A DNA stretch of 62,906 nt, counting the filler. It is 9 parts of 9 records of this genome, joined end to end, with 100 filler letters (N's around TTAATTAATTAA, not from the genome) between each part and the next. Parts side by side here need not be neighbours in the genome. Positions count along the whole stretch, not along the records: positions 1 to 5,731 come from SRR31147125_184953; positions 5,832 to 11,380 come from SRR31147125_185472; 7 more parts are not named here. One strand, 5' to 3'. Positions 1 through 11,480 of the stretch are shown piece by piece (position 1 is the first letter of the stretch; every line of letters begins with the position of its first letter). The notes under the pieces were generated by a model that was given only the letters and a program-made list of their open reading frames with translations, searched no databases and had not been told where the DNA came from. The translations under genes were made by a program, and so were the position numbers.

Positions 1-2447
1 GCTCGCGCGTGAGTGCCAGCTCACCCATGACACCGGATATGGCGGCTGTCGTTACTGAAGTGACACAAGGCAACCCGCGAGTGGCCGTGGAACTTGCTTC
101 CCGTCGATCGTCTACCCCTCAAACCCCCATGATCCACTCGTCGTCCCGCCGTTCGTCGACCCCCTCACGCTCAGATGGATGTCGTGTCCGTTCCTCTTCT
201 GCCCAACATTCACATACGGTCATGGCTGCCGTTCTCGCACGCTTCGATGATCTCTCTCCGAGACAGCAGGTGTGAGAGTTCTCTCAGTAGAGTTGCCTTC
301 TTGGTCTGATCGCACTCTCGCACTCAGATGTTGTTGAAAGTTGCAAGTGTTATTGGAGCACGTTTTTCACCCCATGTGCTCATGGCTGTGATGCCTTCTT
401 CGGATGACACCACCCCCCTGGAGGTGGAGGACCTCATGGCTGAGTTATCGGTTCTCCCCGGCCTCTTTCTTGTTCCTGACGATAACGAGGACGGGGAGGA
501 CGAAGACAAGGACTCCAGTGGGAAAACGCGGGTTCGTTTCTCGTTTCGTCACGAGATGGTCCGCCAGGCTTGTGTCTCGTTGATGCTTGTGGATCAACGA
601 GCCGAATTGCACCGCCGGATTGCTGCGTGGTACGAAGACGAGAACAACGATTCGGAGAACATGTTTGAGACGGAAGGAAGCCGTGCTGCATTCGTAGCCG
701 ATCACTGGGAGGCAGGCGAACGTCCTGAACGTGCCATTCGATTCCTTCTTCAGGGTGCCGAGGTTGCGCTTGCCCAAGGACACTACTACGAGGGTCAGCA
801 AGCTCTCCAACACTATCAGACCATGATCACAAAGTTCCAACCCCATCTGGATAATGGGACACGCTCGCGAGGACATCGACTGATTGCGGTACGACCCAAC
901 CTTTGCCTGTGTGCTCTGTGCCCCAAACAAATAACTCACGCCATTCCGCGCCACATTCACAGACGTGTAAAACCATCCTGGGAGAGCGTGAGGATGCCTA
1001 TCCGCATCTGATCAGTGCCCTCCGAGCGCTCGCGTGTACCTCCCCGCCTCGCGGTCCTAGTTTGTGGTTCCATGTTGTGAGCGAATGTGCAGACCAATTG
1101 GATCGAATCCTGCCTCACAGGACGTCGAACAACGCGGCCTTGAGTACGGTTCAAGCGACTGCCGTCCTCGCGAAGAGTTTTGTTCGAATTCGCACCTGGT
1201 GGAGTGGTTTGGATGCCACCCTCACCTCACATCAAGCACGACAACAGCAACAAGCGATCATACGCGTGCCGGGAGGCAATGCCGCTGTGGAAATGTGTCG
1301 GTGTCACGTCCTCTGGTCCTTCTTGTCACTTCTCGAGGGCGACAAGGTTACAACACTTTTTCATCTCATGCGAGCCCTCAACCTCGCCGAACTGGGAGGA
1401 GAAAGTACCCGTGGCGACCGCATCCGATGCTTTGCCGCAGCCGTCCTCATAGCTCCTCTGTTGGGTCTCCGTTGGTTGCGGCCCCTCTTCATGTGGCGCG
1501 CCGTACGCTATCTCTCAACCGACGGGCGTGCGTTGGAGCGAGCCGTGAGGCATGCTCGCCTTCTGCTTGGAATTGCAGACGTAGCAAACGGAAATACGAG
1601 TGGCGGTACCGCTATGCTTCGTTTGTGTGCTGCAGCAAGTCGTGGTCGCCATCAGGATGCGAGTGTGGGAATGGAGGCCTTTGTGCATTTGGCCCTGACG
1701 GCACTGGCGAATGGCGACATGACGACAGCAGCAATGCTTTGGGGAGAGGTACAAGCATCCGAGAGGCTGTCCCTTGGTGCGGCGCCTGAGCAGATGATGA
1801 CCGCGACCGCGACAGCAACAAGCCAACTGGGATTTGCCTTGTGTGATCTTCTTCTTCGTGATGAGGCCCAAAATGCACGAGCCCGGGTGTGCGAGTGGGC
1901 GTACGGGTCTACGACACCCGTTGCCTCCCCTCGTACCATGCCAAGTTCTTTGCGTAATGCTGTCTGTGTATGGGCGGAAGCAACCGGAGGTGGATCCCTG
2001 GAGGAAGCTATGGAAGCCGCCATACGAGCCGGGAAGGAGCTCGCAAGCGCTGCCTGCATATGCCTCTATCCTGCATGTTGGGGTGTCTTTTTGTTGGCAT
2101 GTTTCTACTGCGGCCTATGGGAAGCAAAGACGGAGGTGGAGGAGAGGAAGCCGCGTCCCCGCTGGCCTCCCGTCTTTCTCCTCCCGCTCTACAAAGCTGC
2201 CGAAACAACGCTTCCCCTAGCAAAGATCCAAGAACGTGCTCGTGCCTTCACCTTGACCCTCTCGAATATGAGTAAGACGTTCCCCCTCCATGAAGGACTG
2301 TGGATGCTTATGGCTGCGCGCATTGCACGCCTTGAAGGACGACAGAACGAAGGAGAAGAGATTTTGTCACAATGCTCCCACAAGAAGGGACCTGAAGGAC
2401 AATGGGCCACACATCTGTTACACCTGTGGTCGTCCATTATCGCGTAA
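1..2447 (+). CDS. Eukaryotic spliced gene, 5'-truncated: C-terminal part of a STAND/AAA ATPase-TPR protein of the adenylate/guanylate cyclase-ATPase (sAC/ADCY10-like) type. Introns 270-327 and 889-962.
   Basis: Motifs TQGNPRVAVEL, VLARFDDLSPRQQ|MLLKVASVIG.RF, FSFRHEMVRQA and RAELHRRIA..YE, then helical repeats. Three ORFs join in frame through two phase-0 GT..AG introns (58 and 74 nt). Confidence 0.75.
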
Positions 2448-2464
2448 ATGTGGATATGTGTATT

Positions 2465-5400
2465 CTATCGTGTCATGATGGGGGGACGGAGTTCCGCACT
2501 ACTGTTTGCGCCTTCCAGTTGACTTGTTTGTTCAAAGAATCGATCCATAAGTGCCTGAGCCTGTGTGGCCAGTCGTACGAGACATGGAACCTCCTGCCGA
2601 GCCAGCGTAGTGACCACACGAACAAAATCCAGCGCAAAATCACGAAGATGGGTTCTTCTGTTTGGCCCCCACAAAATGAGACTGGCCAAACGAAAACGAA
2701 TCAGTCAATCTCAACCCACATGTCCTCTTCACAGAGCAAAAGGGCTAGAAGAGAAAAGGCGTCTTCCAGAACCGATACCCTGTTTCCCTCCCTCATAAGA
2801 ACAAAAGAAAGAAAAACAGTAGTGCGTGGCGTACCGGTCCGGAAGTGCCTCAGCACCATCTTGTAATCGCTCAAGTTCATCACGCAAAAGAAGAAGGAGA
2901 CGTGCACAGACAACCTGATGAGTTGGTTGATTGCGCTGGATACGGAATGGGTAGACAGCAGCAGCACCTCGGTTCCTTCATCCTTGCGATGATGAATCAC
3001 GTCAAATCCGTCCTCATGGTACCTGACAGGAATGAGTTAGTGCGACTACACGAGGCAGACGCTGAGCACACAAGGAAGCCGCCATTAACATAAGCATCAC
3101 ACTTCGACGGAGGGTAAACACCTATCCAATGATCGTACGTGAGCAAGCCGTCATCGTTCGAAAGGCACACACAAACCTCCTTTTCTGTCCCCTTTTGTCG
3201 GATGTTCAGAGTCTTGGAGGACAAATCAAGCATATTCTCCTCTGGTTTAGGCCAACACCGAATTCCGTCAAAAACGGACCGACCTGTCCGAAGTGGGCCA
3301 CTACGTTTGGGGACATGCGTTCGTGGGTGGTACACACTTTTTAAGCAGATTCGAAGGAGTTTGATGAACTTTTGCTTGCAGGCAGCAGGTGTACTTCGAA
3401 TAGTTTGGATGGCTTCTCGTCCAATAAGAAAGGGAACAAACCTAAAACGGGTTCCTGAGCCAAGAACACCACCACCACTACCACCACCACCGCCACCAAC
3501 ATCTCCAGCTCTCCCTCCTTTGCCTCCTCCGCAATGGCCACAAGAATGTCGAAAGCCAAGCTGAGGATGGATGGTTCGCGGAGCAAATTGGGGAAAACGG
3601 ACAGAATCTGCCACCCCAGATGTCAGAGCACACGTACACACATATATACATACATATATACCTGGCCAAGAATAGCGTGTGGAGGCTTTGCAATGTTGGC
3701 CCGAGACGATCCGACTCGAAGAGGGGGGAAATGATCATTCACATCTTCTGCTCGAAGGAATACACGAGAATTGTCGGGATGGGGTACATAACCTTCCAGA
3801 TCGTCCGGAAGATCCAATTCCTCACTCTGTCCATCCTCTTCCACCACATTCACACGATTGTCCTCGCTCTCCTGCGCACTCCTAACGTCTTCTTTGAGCA
3901 ACGCCCATCGGCACTCAGCACTACACACAGCCACAGTTTTCAGAATGCGTAGAACAGTTTCAAAGAACTCCAAGGTTTCAAAACTTCTATCCCGTGCACG
4001 GCGGAGACAACTATCAAGTACAGGGAGGAGATGTGTGGCCGGAAGCCCACTGATGGCCACTTGTGCAAATCCCGTCATCAGGGAATCCGCCAACGAGTCC
4101 CCGTTATGATACACGTGTTCTTCGGACCCGAGGGATCGAGGGGCATCAACGAAACCGAGACGATTGAGAAGCGAATGAGCCCGCTGCCCTGATTGTGTAG
4201 GATCTCGTTGAAGAAGTGTGAGAAGAGAACTCGCACACGAAGAGAGGATGGCTTGAATCAGACACAGATTGGACTTGGGCGGATACAGAAGTTAGCATCA
4301 CCACCCCCTCCCAACAACACCCATCACATACCGAGGGCGATGGATGGGGTAAAGGAAGTGGAATGAGATGTTTTGGATCTGGTTCTTCCGTGGAACGACG
4401 ACTGCGCACCGATCCCACGGCCGTTCCTTGTGGAGACATAAAGGTAATGGTGCGCGCTGCCTTGGGAGGTGTACGCTCCCCAGCGCTGGGAGCAAGATCA
4501 TCATTCGTCCCTTGCGAGAGAACAAGTGAGAGTGGTCGCCGCCCCCTGGGGCTTCCTGCACGGAGTCGTTTTGTGGAGGAACGCGAACCGCGTGCGCCAA
4601 CAGACTCTGGCGGCGCAAGGACAGGAGTGGTGAGTCCCAGCGATAGTGTAGGTGCTCCTCCACACTTGGCCGGTGACACAAACTCATCCTCGGGGATCCT
4701 GTGAGGGCCTGTCGATCAGCCAGCTCGTGAGGCGAAGACAAGTGCACGCGTACATTTGTTGCATGAATTCCTTGACCTCACCATCCAAAGCATCAATGCG
4801 CAGCTGGGAACGCCGTAATTCCTCTTGAAGTCGTTGTTTTGCACGATCGGCTTCGATGATTTCATTTTGCTACGGGACCATTGATGAACGTACGAACGTA
4901 CGCACACGCACACGCACCATTTGCGTACCTTGAACGTCAGTTGGACTCGCAGAGTACGGAGTTCATCATCTCGCTCGTGTTTCTTGCGTTGGTCCCTGTC
5001 TCGCTCATCAACCAACGGGGTTGCACAAGAATCGCCCTCTCGCACCGTTCGGAAGCGTTCAACTTGAGATCTCTGACCTCCAACTTCAAATTCGCCGCCT
5101 GCAACACACTCAGTTGCGTCATCTATCCCAGCGCGTCGTACCTCCGCCTCCTTCTGGGATAGCTTCTGTCGTAGAATATCTAAGGCACTCTCAGCTTGTC
5201 TCAGACGTGCATCGAGAGTGGTTTCAGGGGCAACGACACGTGCAGGCTGCTACCGTCGTTCCCGTTGTTAGGGATCGATGGTCTCACGTACACAACAGAA
5301 CCAGGAACCTTCTCATCAGGGACAGGAAGCTGTCCATCCCGCAAGTAGTCATGAAGAGCTTGTTCCCATCCCATAGATGGAGGAAGGCCATTGGTCTTCA

Positions 5401-5674
5401 CCATCTCCAAGGGTCGGCGAGGGGGCAAGGGAGTCGAGAGACCCACATCACCACTACTGGCCCCTCGACGGAGCTGGGTACCACACGTCGTCCCCGACAC
5501 AGGGGGTGGTTCTGTGGGAAGAACAGGTCCGGAGACTGCCTTCTTCAGCACAACAGGAACCGGAGAGGAGGGTGCAGACGAGGCAGCCGAGGACAGTCGC
5601 GACGGAAGTGGTTTCTGGGTGAGACTCTCCCGTGCCACGACATCCCATTCGTCTAGCTGCGATACGAAGAAGTC
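2465..5674 (-). CDS. Eukaryotic multi-exon gene, 5'-truncated, probable ATRIP (ATR-interacting protein)-like
   Basis: Spliced translation gives DFFVSQLDEWDVVARESLTQ (like the acidic RPA-binding motif of ATRIP), a coiled coil RQAESALDILRQKL...ELRTLRVQLTFK, a Ser/Pro-rich linker and a Leu-rich helical C-terminus. Several short GT..AG introns. Exon map only partly traced. Confidence 0.55.
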
Positions 5675-5705
5675 CTAGGGAGGACCCCGTAGCTGAGCCT
5701 CCAAC

Positions 5706-5731
5706 CTCTCTCTCTCTCTCTCTCTCTCTCT
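5706..5731. repeat. (CT)n microsatellite at contig end
   Basis: Uninterrupted ctctct run directly before the spacer; probably the cause of the assembly break. Confidence 0.95.
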
Positions 5732-5831
5732 NNNNNNNNNNNNNNNNNNNNNNNNNNNNNNNNNNNNNNNNNNNNTTAATTAATTAANNNNNNNNNNNNN
5801 NNNNNNNNNNNNNNNNNNNNNNNNNNNNNNN
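5732..5831. other. Artificial contig spacer. The same spacer is at 11381-11480, 17100-17199, 26584-26683, 32898-32997, 38753-38852, 49034-49133 and 55554-55653.
   Basis: Identical 100-nt N-run with central TTAATTAATTAA (stop codons in all six frames); gene content and composition change abruptly across each one. Confidence 0.99.
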
Positions 5832-6712
5832 TTTAGAAAGCCGGCAGCATATTGGCCACGAACCGTCTTAGCATCAATATTAGTGTGAGTGATAGGACGC
5901 AGCGCTTTGAGTACTTTAAGTTTCTCATTGCGTACACTGTCTGCCTTGAGGTCTGCTGGCGGCTCCATGGCCATAATGGTCAGAAGCTGAAGCAGGTGGT
6001 TTTGTACCATATCACGCATCTGGCCTGCCTGATCAAAGTAACCCCAGCGCCCTTCAATGCCCACCTCTTCGGCCACCGTGATCTGAACATGATCAATGGT
6101 GTTGTGATCCCAGTTATTGGTAAACAGAGCATTGGCAAAGCGCAGCGCGAACATGTTCATCACAGTCTCTTTGCCCAGGTAGTGGTCAATTCGATAGATC
6201 TGGGATTCGGCAAAGAACTCGGCGACCTGATCATTGATCACCTGAGAGGTCGCCAAAGAGGTTCCAATTGGTTTTTCCAACACAACTCGACACTGGGTAT
6301 CCACCATGCCGGCACTGTTCAAGCCTTTACAAATGCTGCCATAAGTTGAGGGCGGCATAGCAAAGTAGAAAACGCTTGGTAACGCTGAATTACCAAGAAA
6401 AGCTTTAATGGCATCATAAGTCTCTTGGACCTCCACGTCCAAACGGAAGAAGAAGAGACGCTCTATAAAACGCTTCCAAGTCTCTTCACAGATATCCTCT
6501 TTCATAAAGGTCTTAGTGTTTTCCAACACCACAGCACGATACTCGTCGTGATCGTAATCGCGACGAGCAGCACCGATAATGCGAGTATCCTCATGCAACA
6601 GGCCCGCTTTATCGAGCTGATACAGGGAAGGTAAGAGTTTGCGGCGGGCCAAATCGCCCTGTGCACCGATTAATACAAAATCGCAGTGCGCAGCATGTTC
6701 ACCGTGCGACAT
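5832..6712 (-). CDS. zwf: Glucose-6-phosphate 1-dehydrogenase, 3'-truncated
   Basis: GAQGDLARRKLLPSLY, VVLEKPIG, RIDHYLGKETV and DMVQNHLLQ motifs; GGAGA RBS before the ATG at 6712. Confidence 0.97.
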
Positions 6713-6772
6713 AGTTTCTCCAGTCATTTCAAACGACGCCTACAGACAATTGATGCTAAGGATTCTGAAAGT

Positions 6773-6918
6773 TGTAATTATGTAACAATCAATCATCACG
6801 CCAATAAACGAAGCAAAAGATTACAACAATTTGATCAAAATACGGTAATCACTCCCAAGCTCACGATAGAATCTTGTAAATTTTCATCTTACAAGGAATG
6901 GGCTGTAACAAAATTACG
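6773..6918. promoter_or_regulatory. Probable HexR operators in the zwf-hexR divergent region
   Basis: TGTAATTATGTAACA (6773-6787) and TGTAACAAAATTACG (6904-6918) resemble the TGTAAT-N3-ATTACA HexR palindrome; also CTTGTAA-N9-TTACAAG at 6873-6895. Confidence 0.7.
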
Positions 6919-7041
6919 ATTATATGGCTGAGGGGGTTCCTGATCATTCAGGCTCAGATCATAGTCGAATTTTAGAGATATTGCCCTGTGGGCCCCATTG
7001 ATGCGTCTTTGCATTTGGGCCGTAATATTAGAGCCAGGAAA

Positions 7042-7908
7042 ATGAATACGCTTGATAAAATATCAAAACATCTGAATAGCTTCAGTAAGTCAGAACGTAA
7101 GGTTGCCGAAGTGATCTTAGCGGCCCCTCAAACGGCCATTCACTCAAGTATTGCGACGCTTGCCAAGATGGCAGACGTGAGCGAACCAACCGTTAACCGG
7201 TTCTGCCGACGCCTGGATACCAAAGGGTTCCCAGACTTCAAACTTCACTTAGCGCAAAGTTTGGCTAATGGTACCCCATATGTGAGTCGTCATGTAGAGG
7301 AAAATGACGGTCCGGAAGCATATACAGCAAAAATATTTGAATCAACCATGGCCTGCCTGGATAACGCGCGCCAATCCATCGACATTCACCAGGTTAATCG
7401 AGCGGTGGATCTCATGACTCAGGCGACTCAGCTGTCATTTTTTGGCCTGGGGGCTAGCTCAGCCGTGGCCAAAGATGCTCAGAATAAATTTTTCCGTTTT
7501 AACGTGCCTGTGGTCTGTTTTGACGATGTGGTCATGATGCGGATGAGCGCCATCAACTCTCAAGTGGGTAACGTAGTGGTACTGTTTTCTCACACAGGCC
7601 GAACCAAACCGCTGGTTGACATCGCCCGCTTGGCACGCGAAAACGATGCCACTGTCATAGGCGTCACCAGCTACGACTCACCACTGTCAAAAGAGTGCCA
7701 TTTGGTGCTGTCAATGGATGTGCCTGAAGATACGGATATCTATATGCCCATGGCCTCTCGCATTGCCCAATTGGTGATGGTTGATGTACTCGCCACTGGA
7801 TTTACCCTGAGGCGCGGCAACAAGTTTTTAGAAAACCTAAAACGAGTGAAAGAGACGCTGCGAGACTCCCGATTAGGGAAAGACACTCTATTTGAAGTGG
7901 GCAGTTAA
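7042..7908 (+). CDS. hexR: RpiR/MurR-family transcriptional regulator HexR
   Basis: SKSERKVAEVIL...VSEPTVNRFCR HTH plus SIS domain; conserved zwf-hexR-pykA synteny. Confidence 0.95.
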   Translation: MNTLDKISKHLNSFSKSERKVAEVILAAPQTAIHSSIATLAKMADVSEPTVNRFCRRLDTKGFPDFKLHLAQSLANGTPYVSRHVEENDGPEAYTAKIFESTMACLDNARQSIDIHQVNRAVDLMTQATQLSFFGLGASSAVAKDAQNKFFRFNVPVVCFDDVVMMRMSAINSQVGNVVVLFSHTGRTKPLVDIARLARENDATVIGVTSYDSPLSKECHLVLSMDVPEDTDIYMPMASRIAQLVMVDVLATGFTLRRGNKFLENLKRVKETLRDSRLGKDTLFEVGS

Positions 7909-7930
7909 GCAGACGGAACTGAGTTGGCTT

Positions 7931-7944
7931 TTGAATGAAATCAA
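7931..7944. promoter_or_regulatory. Possible FNR-type box upstream of pykA
   Basis: TTGAA-TGAA-ATCAA, one mismatch from TTGAT-N4-ATCAA; a weaker copy TTGCC-GGAA-ATCAA is at 8069-8082. Confidence 0.35.
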
Positions 7945-8174
7945 TGGCCACTTTAGTAAAGAGTTGGTTTAGGCACAATTTTCAGCCGGTTATTCCCTAA
8001 CCTAGAGAACTGGCTCTAAATCGTACAAGGCCTTGGACTGAAACCGAGTTTCAGGTATTAGCCAAATTTTGCCGGAAATCAATGATTGAGTTGTTTTTTT
8101 ACAAAATATGCACAGGGCTTATGCTAATATCTCGGTCGCCTCATAGATCACACATTTAAATTGCGGAGCTTGCA

Positions 8175-9611
8175 ATGCTTAGAAGAACCAAGATCGTTAC
8201 GACCTTAGGTCCAGCGACAGATCGCGACAACAATCTTGAAAAAATCATCCGTGCTGGCGCTAACGTCGTTCGTATGAACTTCTCCCACGGTACTCCCGAA
8301 GATCACAAAAAGCGTGCTACTGAAGTACGTGAAATTGCTGAGCGCTTAGGTGTTCACGTTGCCATCCTTGGCGATCTTCAAGGTCCAAAAATCCGTGTTT
8401 CCACTTTCAAAGATGGCAAAATCATGCTGAAAGTTGGCGACAAGTTCACTCTGGATGCCGCCATGGCGAAAGGTGAAGGTCACCAAGAAGCGGTAGGCTT
8501 GGACTATAAAGAGCTGCCAAACGACGTGCACCACGGCGATATCCTGTTACTGGATGATGGCCGAGTTCAACTGAAGGTAGTAGACACTCACGGCACTAAG
8601 GTTGAGACTGAAGTGACTGTTGGTGGTCCACTGTCAAACAACAAAGGTATCAACAAGCAAGGCGGCGGTCTCTCTGCTGCAGCTCTGACCGACAAAGACA
8701 AGGCTGACATCAAAACAGCAGCCGACATCGGTGTTGACTACCTGGCCGTTTCTTTCCCTCGCTCTGGTGAAGATCTGCAATACGCTCGTCAACTGGCCAA
8801 AGAAGCCGGTTTTGAGCCTCTGATCTGTGCCAAAGTAGAACGTGCCGAGACAGTTGCCACTGAAGCTGCGATGGATGACATTATCCTCAATTCTGACATT
8901 GTGATGGTTGCCCGTGGTGACCTGGGTGTTGAAATTGGCGATCCTGAGCTGGTCGGTACTCAGAAGAAACTGATCTCTCGCTCACGCGCTCTGAACCGTG
9001 CCGTGATCACTGCGACCCAAATGATGGAGTCTATGATCACAGCACCAATGCCAACTCGTGCCGAAGTAATGGACGTTGCCAACGCCGTTCTTGATGGTAC
9101 CGATGCAGTCATGCTCTCTGCTGAAACGGCAGCGGGTGACTACCCAGAAGAGACAGTTCAAGCCATGGCTAAAGTGGCCATTGGGGCAGAGAAGCACCCA
9201 CGCGTGAACATCTCTCGTCACCGCATGAACCAATCTTTCACCACCATCGAAGAAGCTGTGGCTATGTCTGCCATGTACGCTGCTAACCACCTCGAAGGTG
9301 TGAAAGCCATCATCTGTATGACAGAGTCTGGCCGTACCGCTCTGATGACCTCACGCATCACTTCTGGTCTGCCTATCATTGGTCTGAGCCGTCACCAAGC
9401 GACTCTGAACAAAATGGCTCTGTACCGTGGTGTTGAGCCTATCTTCTTTGATAGCCGTCAGGAAACGCCTGAAAGTGTCTCTCACGCAGTCTTCTCTCTG
9501 CTGAAGAGCCGTGATCTTCTTGAAGCGGGCGATCTGGTACTGCTGACCAAAGGCGATATCATGGGTCAAGCGGGTAGCACCAACAACTGCAAGATCCTGC
9601 GCGTAAACTAA
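8175..9611 (+). CDS. pykA: Pyruvate kinase II
   Basis: [41 protein letters not shown] and ATQMMESM motifs. Confidence 0.98.
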   Translation: MLRRTKIVTTLGPATDRDNNLEKIIRAGANVVRMNFSHGTPEDHKKRATEVREIAERLGVHVAILGDLQGPKIRVSTFKDGKIMLKVGDKFTLDAAMAKGEGHQEAVGLDYKELPNDVHHGDILLLDDGRVQLKVVDTHGTKVETEVTVGGPLSNNKGINKQGGGLSAAALTDKDKADIKTAADIGVDYLAVSFPRSGEDLQYARQLAKEAGFEPLICAKVERAETVATEAAMDDIILNSDIVMVARGDLGVEIGDPELVGTQKKLISRSRALNRAVITATQMMESMITAPMPTRAEVMDVANAVLDGTDAVMLSAETAAGDYPEETVQAMAKVAIGAEKHPRVNISRHRMNQSFTTIEEAVAMSAMYAANHLEGVKAIICMTESGRTALMTSRITSGLPIIGLSRHQATLNKMALYRGVEPIFFDSRQETPESVSHAVFSLLKSRDLLEAGDLVLLTKGDIMGQAGSTNNCKILRVN

Positions 9612-9635
9612 GCCACTTTAATTGGCTAGTAAACG

Positions 9636-9662
9636 AAGGCGCTCACTATGAGCGCCTTTTTT
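9636..9662 (+). terminator. Rho-independent terminator of pykA
   Basis: AAGGCGCTCA-CTA-TGAGCGCCTT hairpin followed by a T run. Confidence 0.9.
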
Positions 9663-9832
9663 ATTTGGAAATTGACGTAAATTATTTCTCGGTTATATGA
9701 AAGCACAAACTCGATTATGTCCGTTACTCGAGGGCAGTGTTCACAAATTCTAGTGTTTGCTCTATCTTCTCTTTTTGATTGTCCCAAGGTGTGCGAAGAT
9801 CTCGGCCACGACTGTTTTATCGCTGTTTTTTG

Positions 9833-11053
9833 ATGTCTACTCCGCTTCTTTTACTTTGGCCTTGCCTCGTCTTAATTGGCCTGATCTGGGTGGCTCCGCA
9901 AACCACGCACTGGTCAGAAAATTATCAGCAGCTTCTTTACTACGCGCCTTATGCCTTAGCTCTTCTGCTGGGTAGCTTAGCTCATCCCTTTCGCCAAGGC
10001 CGGGTCGCCATCGCAGCTCTGGTTTGCGCCATTAGTTACTGGCTTATCCAGACCTACTTGCAGCAGCCTATGGCACTCATAGAGACTCAGAAAGTATTTG
10101 TACTCCTTGCGATACTCTTTCCGATTAACTGGTTTGCATTGAGCTTCTGTCAGGAGCAGCCACCATTCTCTCCCCTTGGCCTGATGGCAGTGGCTTTGGG
10201 CCTGGCTCAGCTTTTCATTGGCTACCTGCTGGTCCACTTTGAAGCCAGTTTTGATCTATGGCTACAAGGCTGGCTCCAGGTACAAACCCTAAGTTGGGCA
10301 CAACAACCGCTAGCCGCCCTACTCTTAAGTCTGGCCTGTATTCTCTTGCTCGCCCTTAAGAGCTACATACAACGGCAGAGGTTTGACATAGACACTACGG
10401 CCATCCTTATCATTGGCGTTTGGATGCTGGCTCGATTTGAAGTAGCCAATATTTCTGCCCTGGCCGTCATTGCGATGGAGTTAATCCTGTTTGGCACCTT
10501 AATGCACAACAGTTATCAGATGGCTTTTCATGATGAACTCACCAAACTCCCTGGCCGCAGAGCACTCATCAGTGATCTGAAAAATGCCAGCCGCGGCTAC
10601 GCCATGGCCATGACGGACGTGGACCACTTCAAAAAATTTAATGACACCTATGGCCATGATGTGGGTGATGATGTCCTTAAATTGGTCGCCGCTAAGCTCA
10701 GTCAGGTGACAGGAGGGGGGAAGGCCTACCGTTATGGCGGCGAAGAGTTTGCTGTGGTTTTTCGCGGCAAAGAAGCCAAAGCCTGTATGCCACACTTAGA
10801 AGCCCTCAGAGAAGTGATTGCCGATTACTCTCTCGTGGTACGAGATCCTAAAGCAAGGCCTGAGAGTGATAAAGAAGGGCGTCAGCAGCGCGGCCAAGCC
10901 ATTAAAAAGACCAAGACCACCCATGTCACCATTAGCCTGGGGCTGGCGCAAAAGCAACAAGGTGAAGCGTGGGAGCAGGTGATGAAGCGAGCCGATCAGG
11001 CGCTCTATAAAGCCAAAGAGAATGGCCGAAACCGGCTTGAGTTAGCAGACTAA
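9833..11053 (+). CDS. Membrane-bound diguanylate cyclase (GGDEF)
   Basis: Multiple hydrophobic segments, then DELTKLPGRR, DVDHFKKFNDTYGHDVGD and RYGGEEF. No RxxD I-site before the motif. Start codon uncertain. Confidence 0.92.
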   Translation: MSTPLLLLWPCLVLIGLIWVAPQTTHWSENYQQLLYYAPYALALLLGSLAHPFRQGRVAIAALVCAISYWLIQTYLQQPMALIETQKVFVLLAILFPINWFALSFCQEQPPFSPLGLMAVALGLAQLFIGYLLVHFEASFDLWLQGWLQVQTLSWAQQPLAALLLSLACILLLALKSYIQRQRFDIDTTAILIIGVWMLARFEVANISALAVIAMELILFGTLMHNSYQMAFHDELTKLPGRRALISDLKNASRGYAMAMTDVDHFKKFNDTYGHDVGDDVLKLVAAKLSQVTGGGKAYRYGGEEFAVVFRGKEAKACMPHLEALREVIADYSLVVRDPKARPESDKEGRQQRGQAIKKTKTTHVTISLGLAQKQQGEAWEQVMKRADQALYKAKENGRNRLELAD

Positions 11054-11094
11054 TCGACAAGCACAGCGCCAAGGCATGGGCCCGGCGCATAGAG

Positions 11095-11380
11095 TTATTT
11101 GAGCTTTCGCTTCCCCAACGCCGCTAGCATAGAGCCTGTGATCACCAAAAGAGCCCCTATTAAAGCTAATACATTCAAGTGGATCGCTTGGTAGAGTTGA
11201 GGCCAGTGCCAGGCGAGTAGATCAAGCACTGTAATAGTGATTAACGGGGTAACGGCTAAAACTGCACTCACCTTAGAGGCTTCCCAGTGGGCCAGAGCTT
11301 CCGCAAATGCGCCATAAGCAAAAACAGTATTCAAACAACAAAAGACCAGCATGCTCCACTGCCAGCCATTGAGCAGCCAT
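11095..11380 (-). CDS. EamA/DMT-family transporter, 5'-truncated
   Basis: LVFCCLNTVFAYGAFAEALAHWEASKVSAVLAVTPL, typical of the C-terminal EamA repeat. Confidence 0.88.
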
Positions 11381-11480
11381 NNNNNNNNNNNNNNNNNNNN
11401 NNNNNNNNNNNNNNNNNNNNNNNNTTAATTAATTAANNNNNNNNNNNNNNNNNNNNNNNNNNNNNNNNNNNNNNNNNNNN

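Noticed and set aside
5732-5831. Recurrent TTAATTAATTAA motif as a biological repeat
   Set aside because: It is always centred in identical N-runs; it is an artificial all-frame-stop linker.
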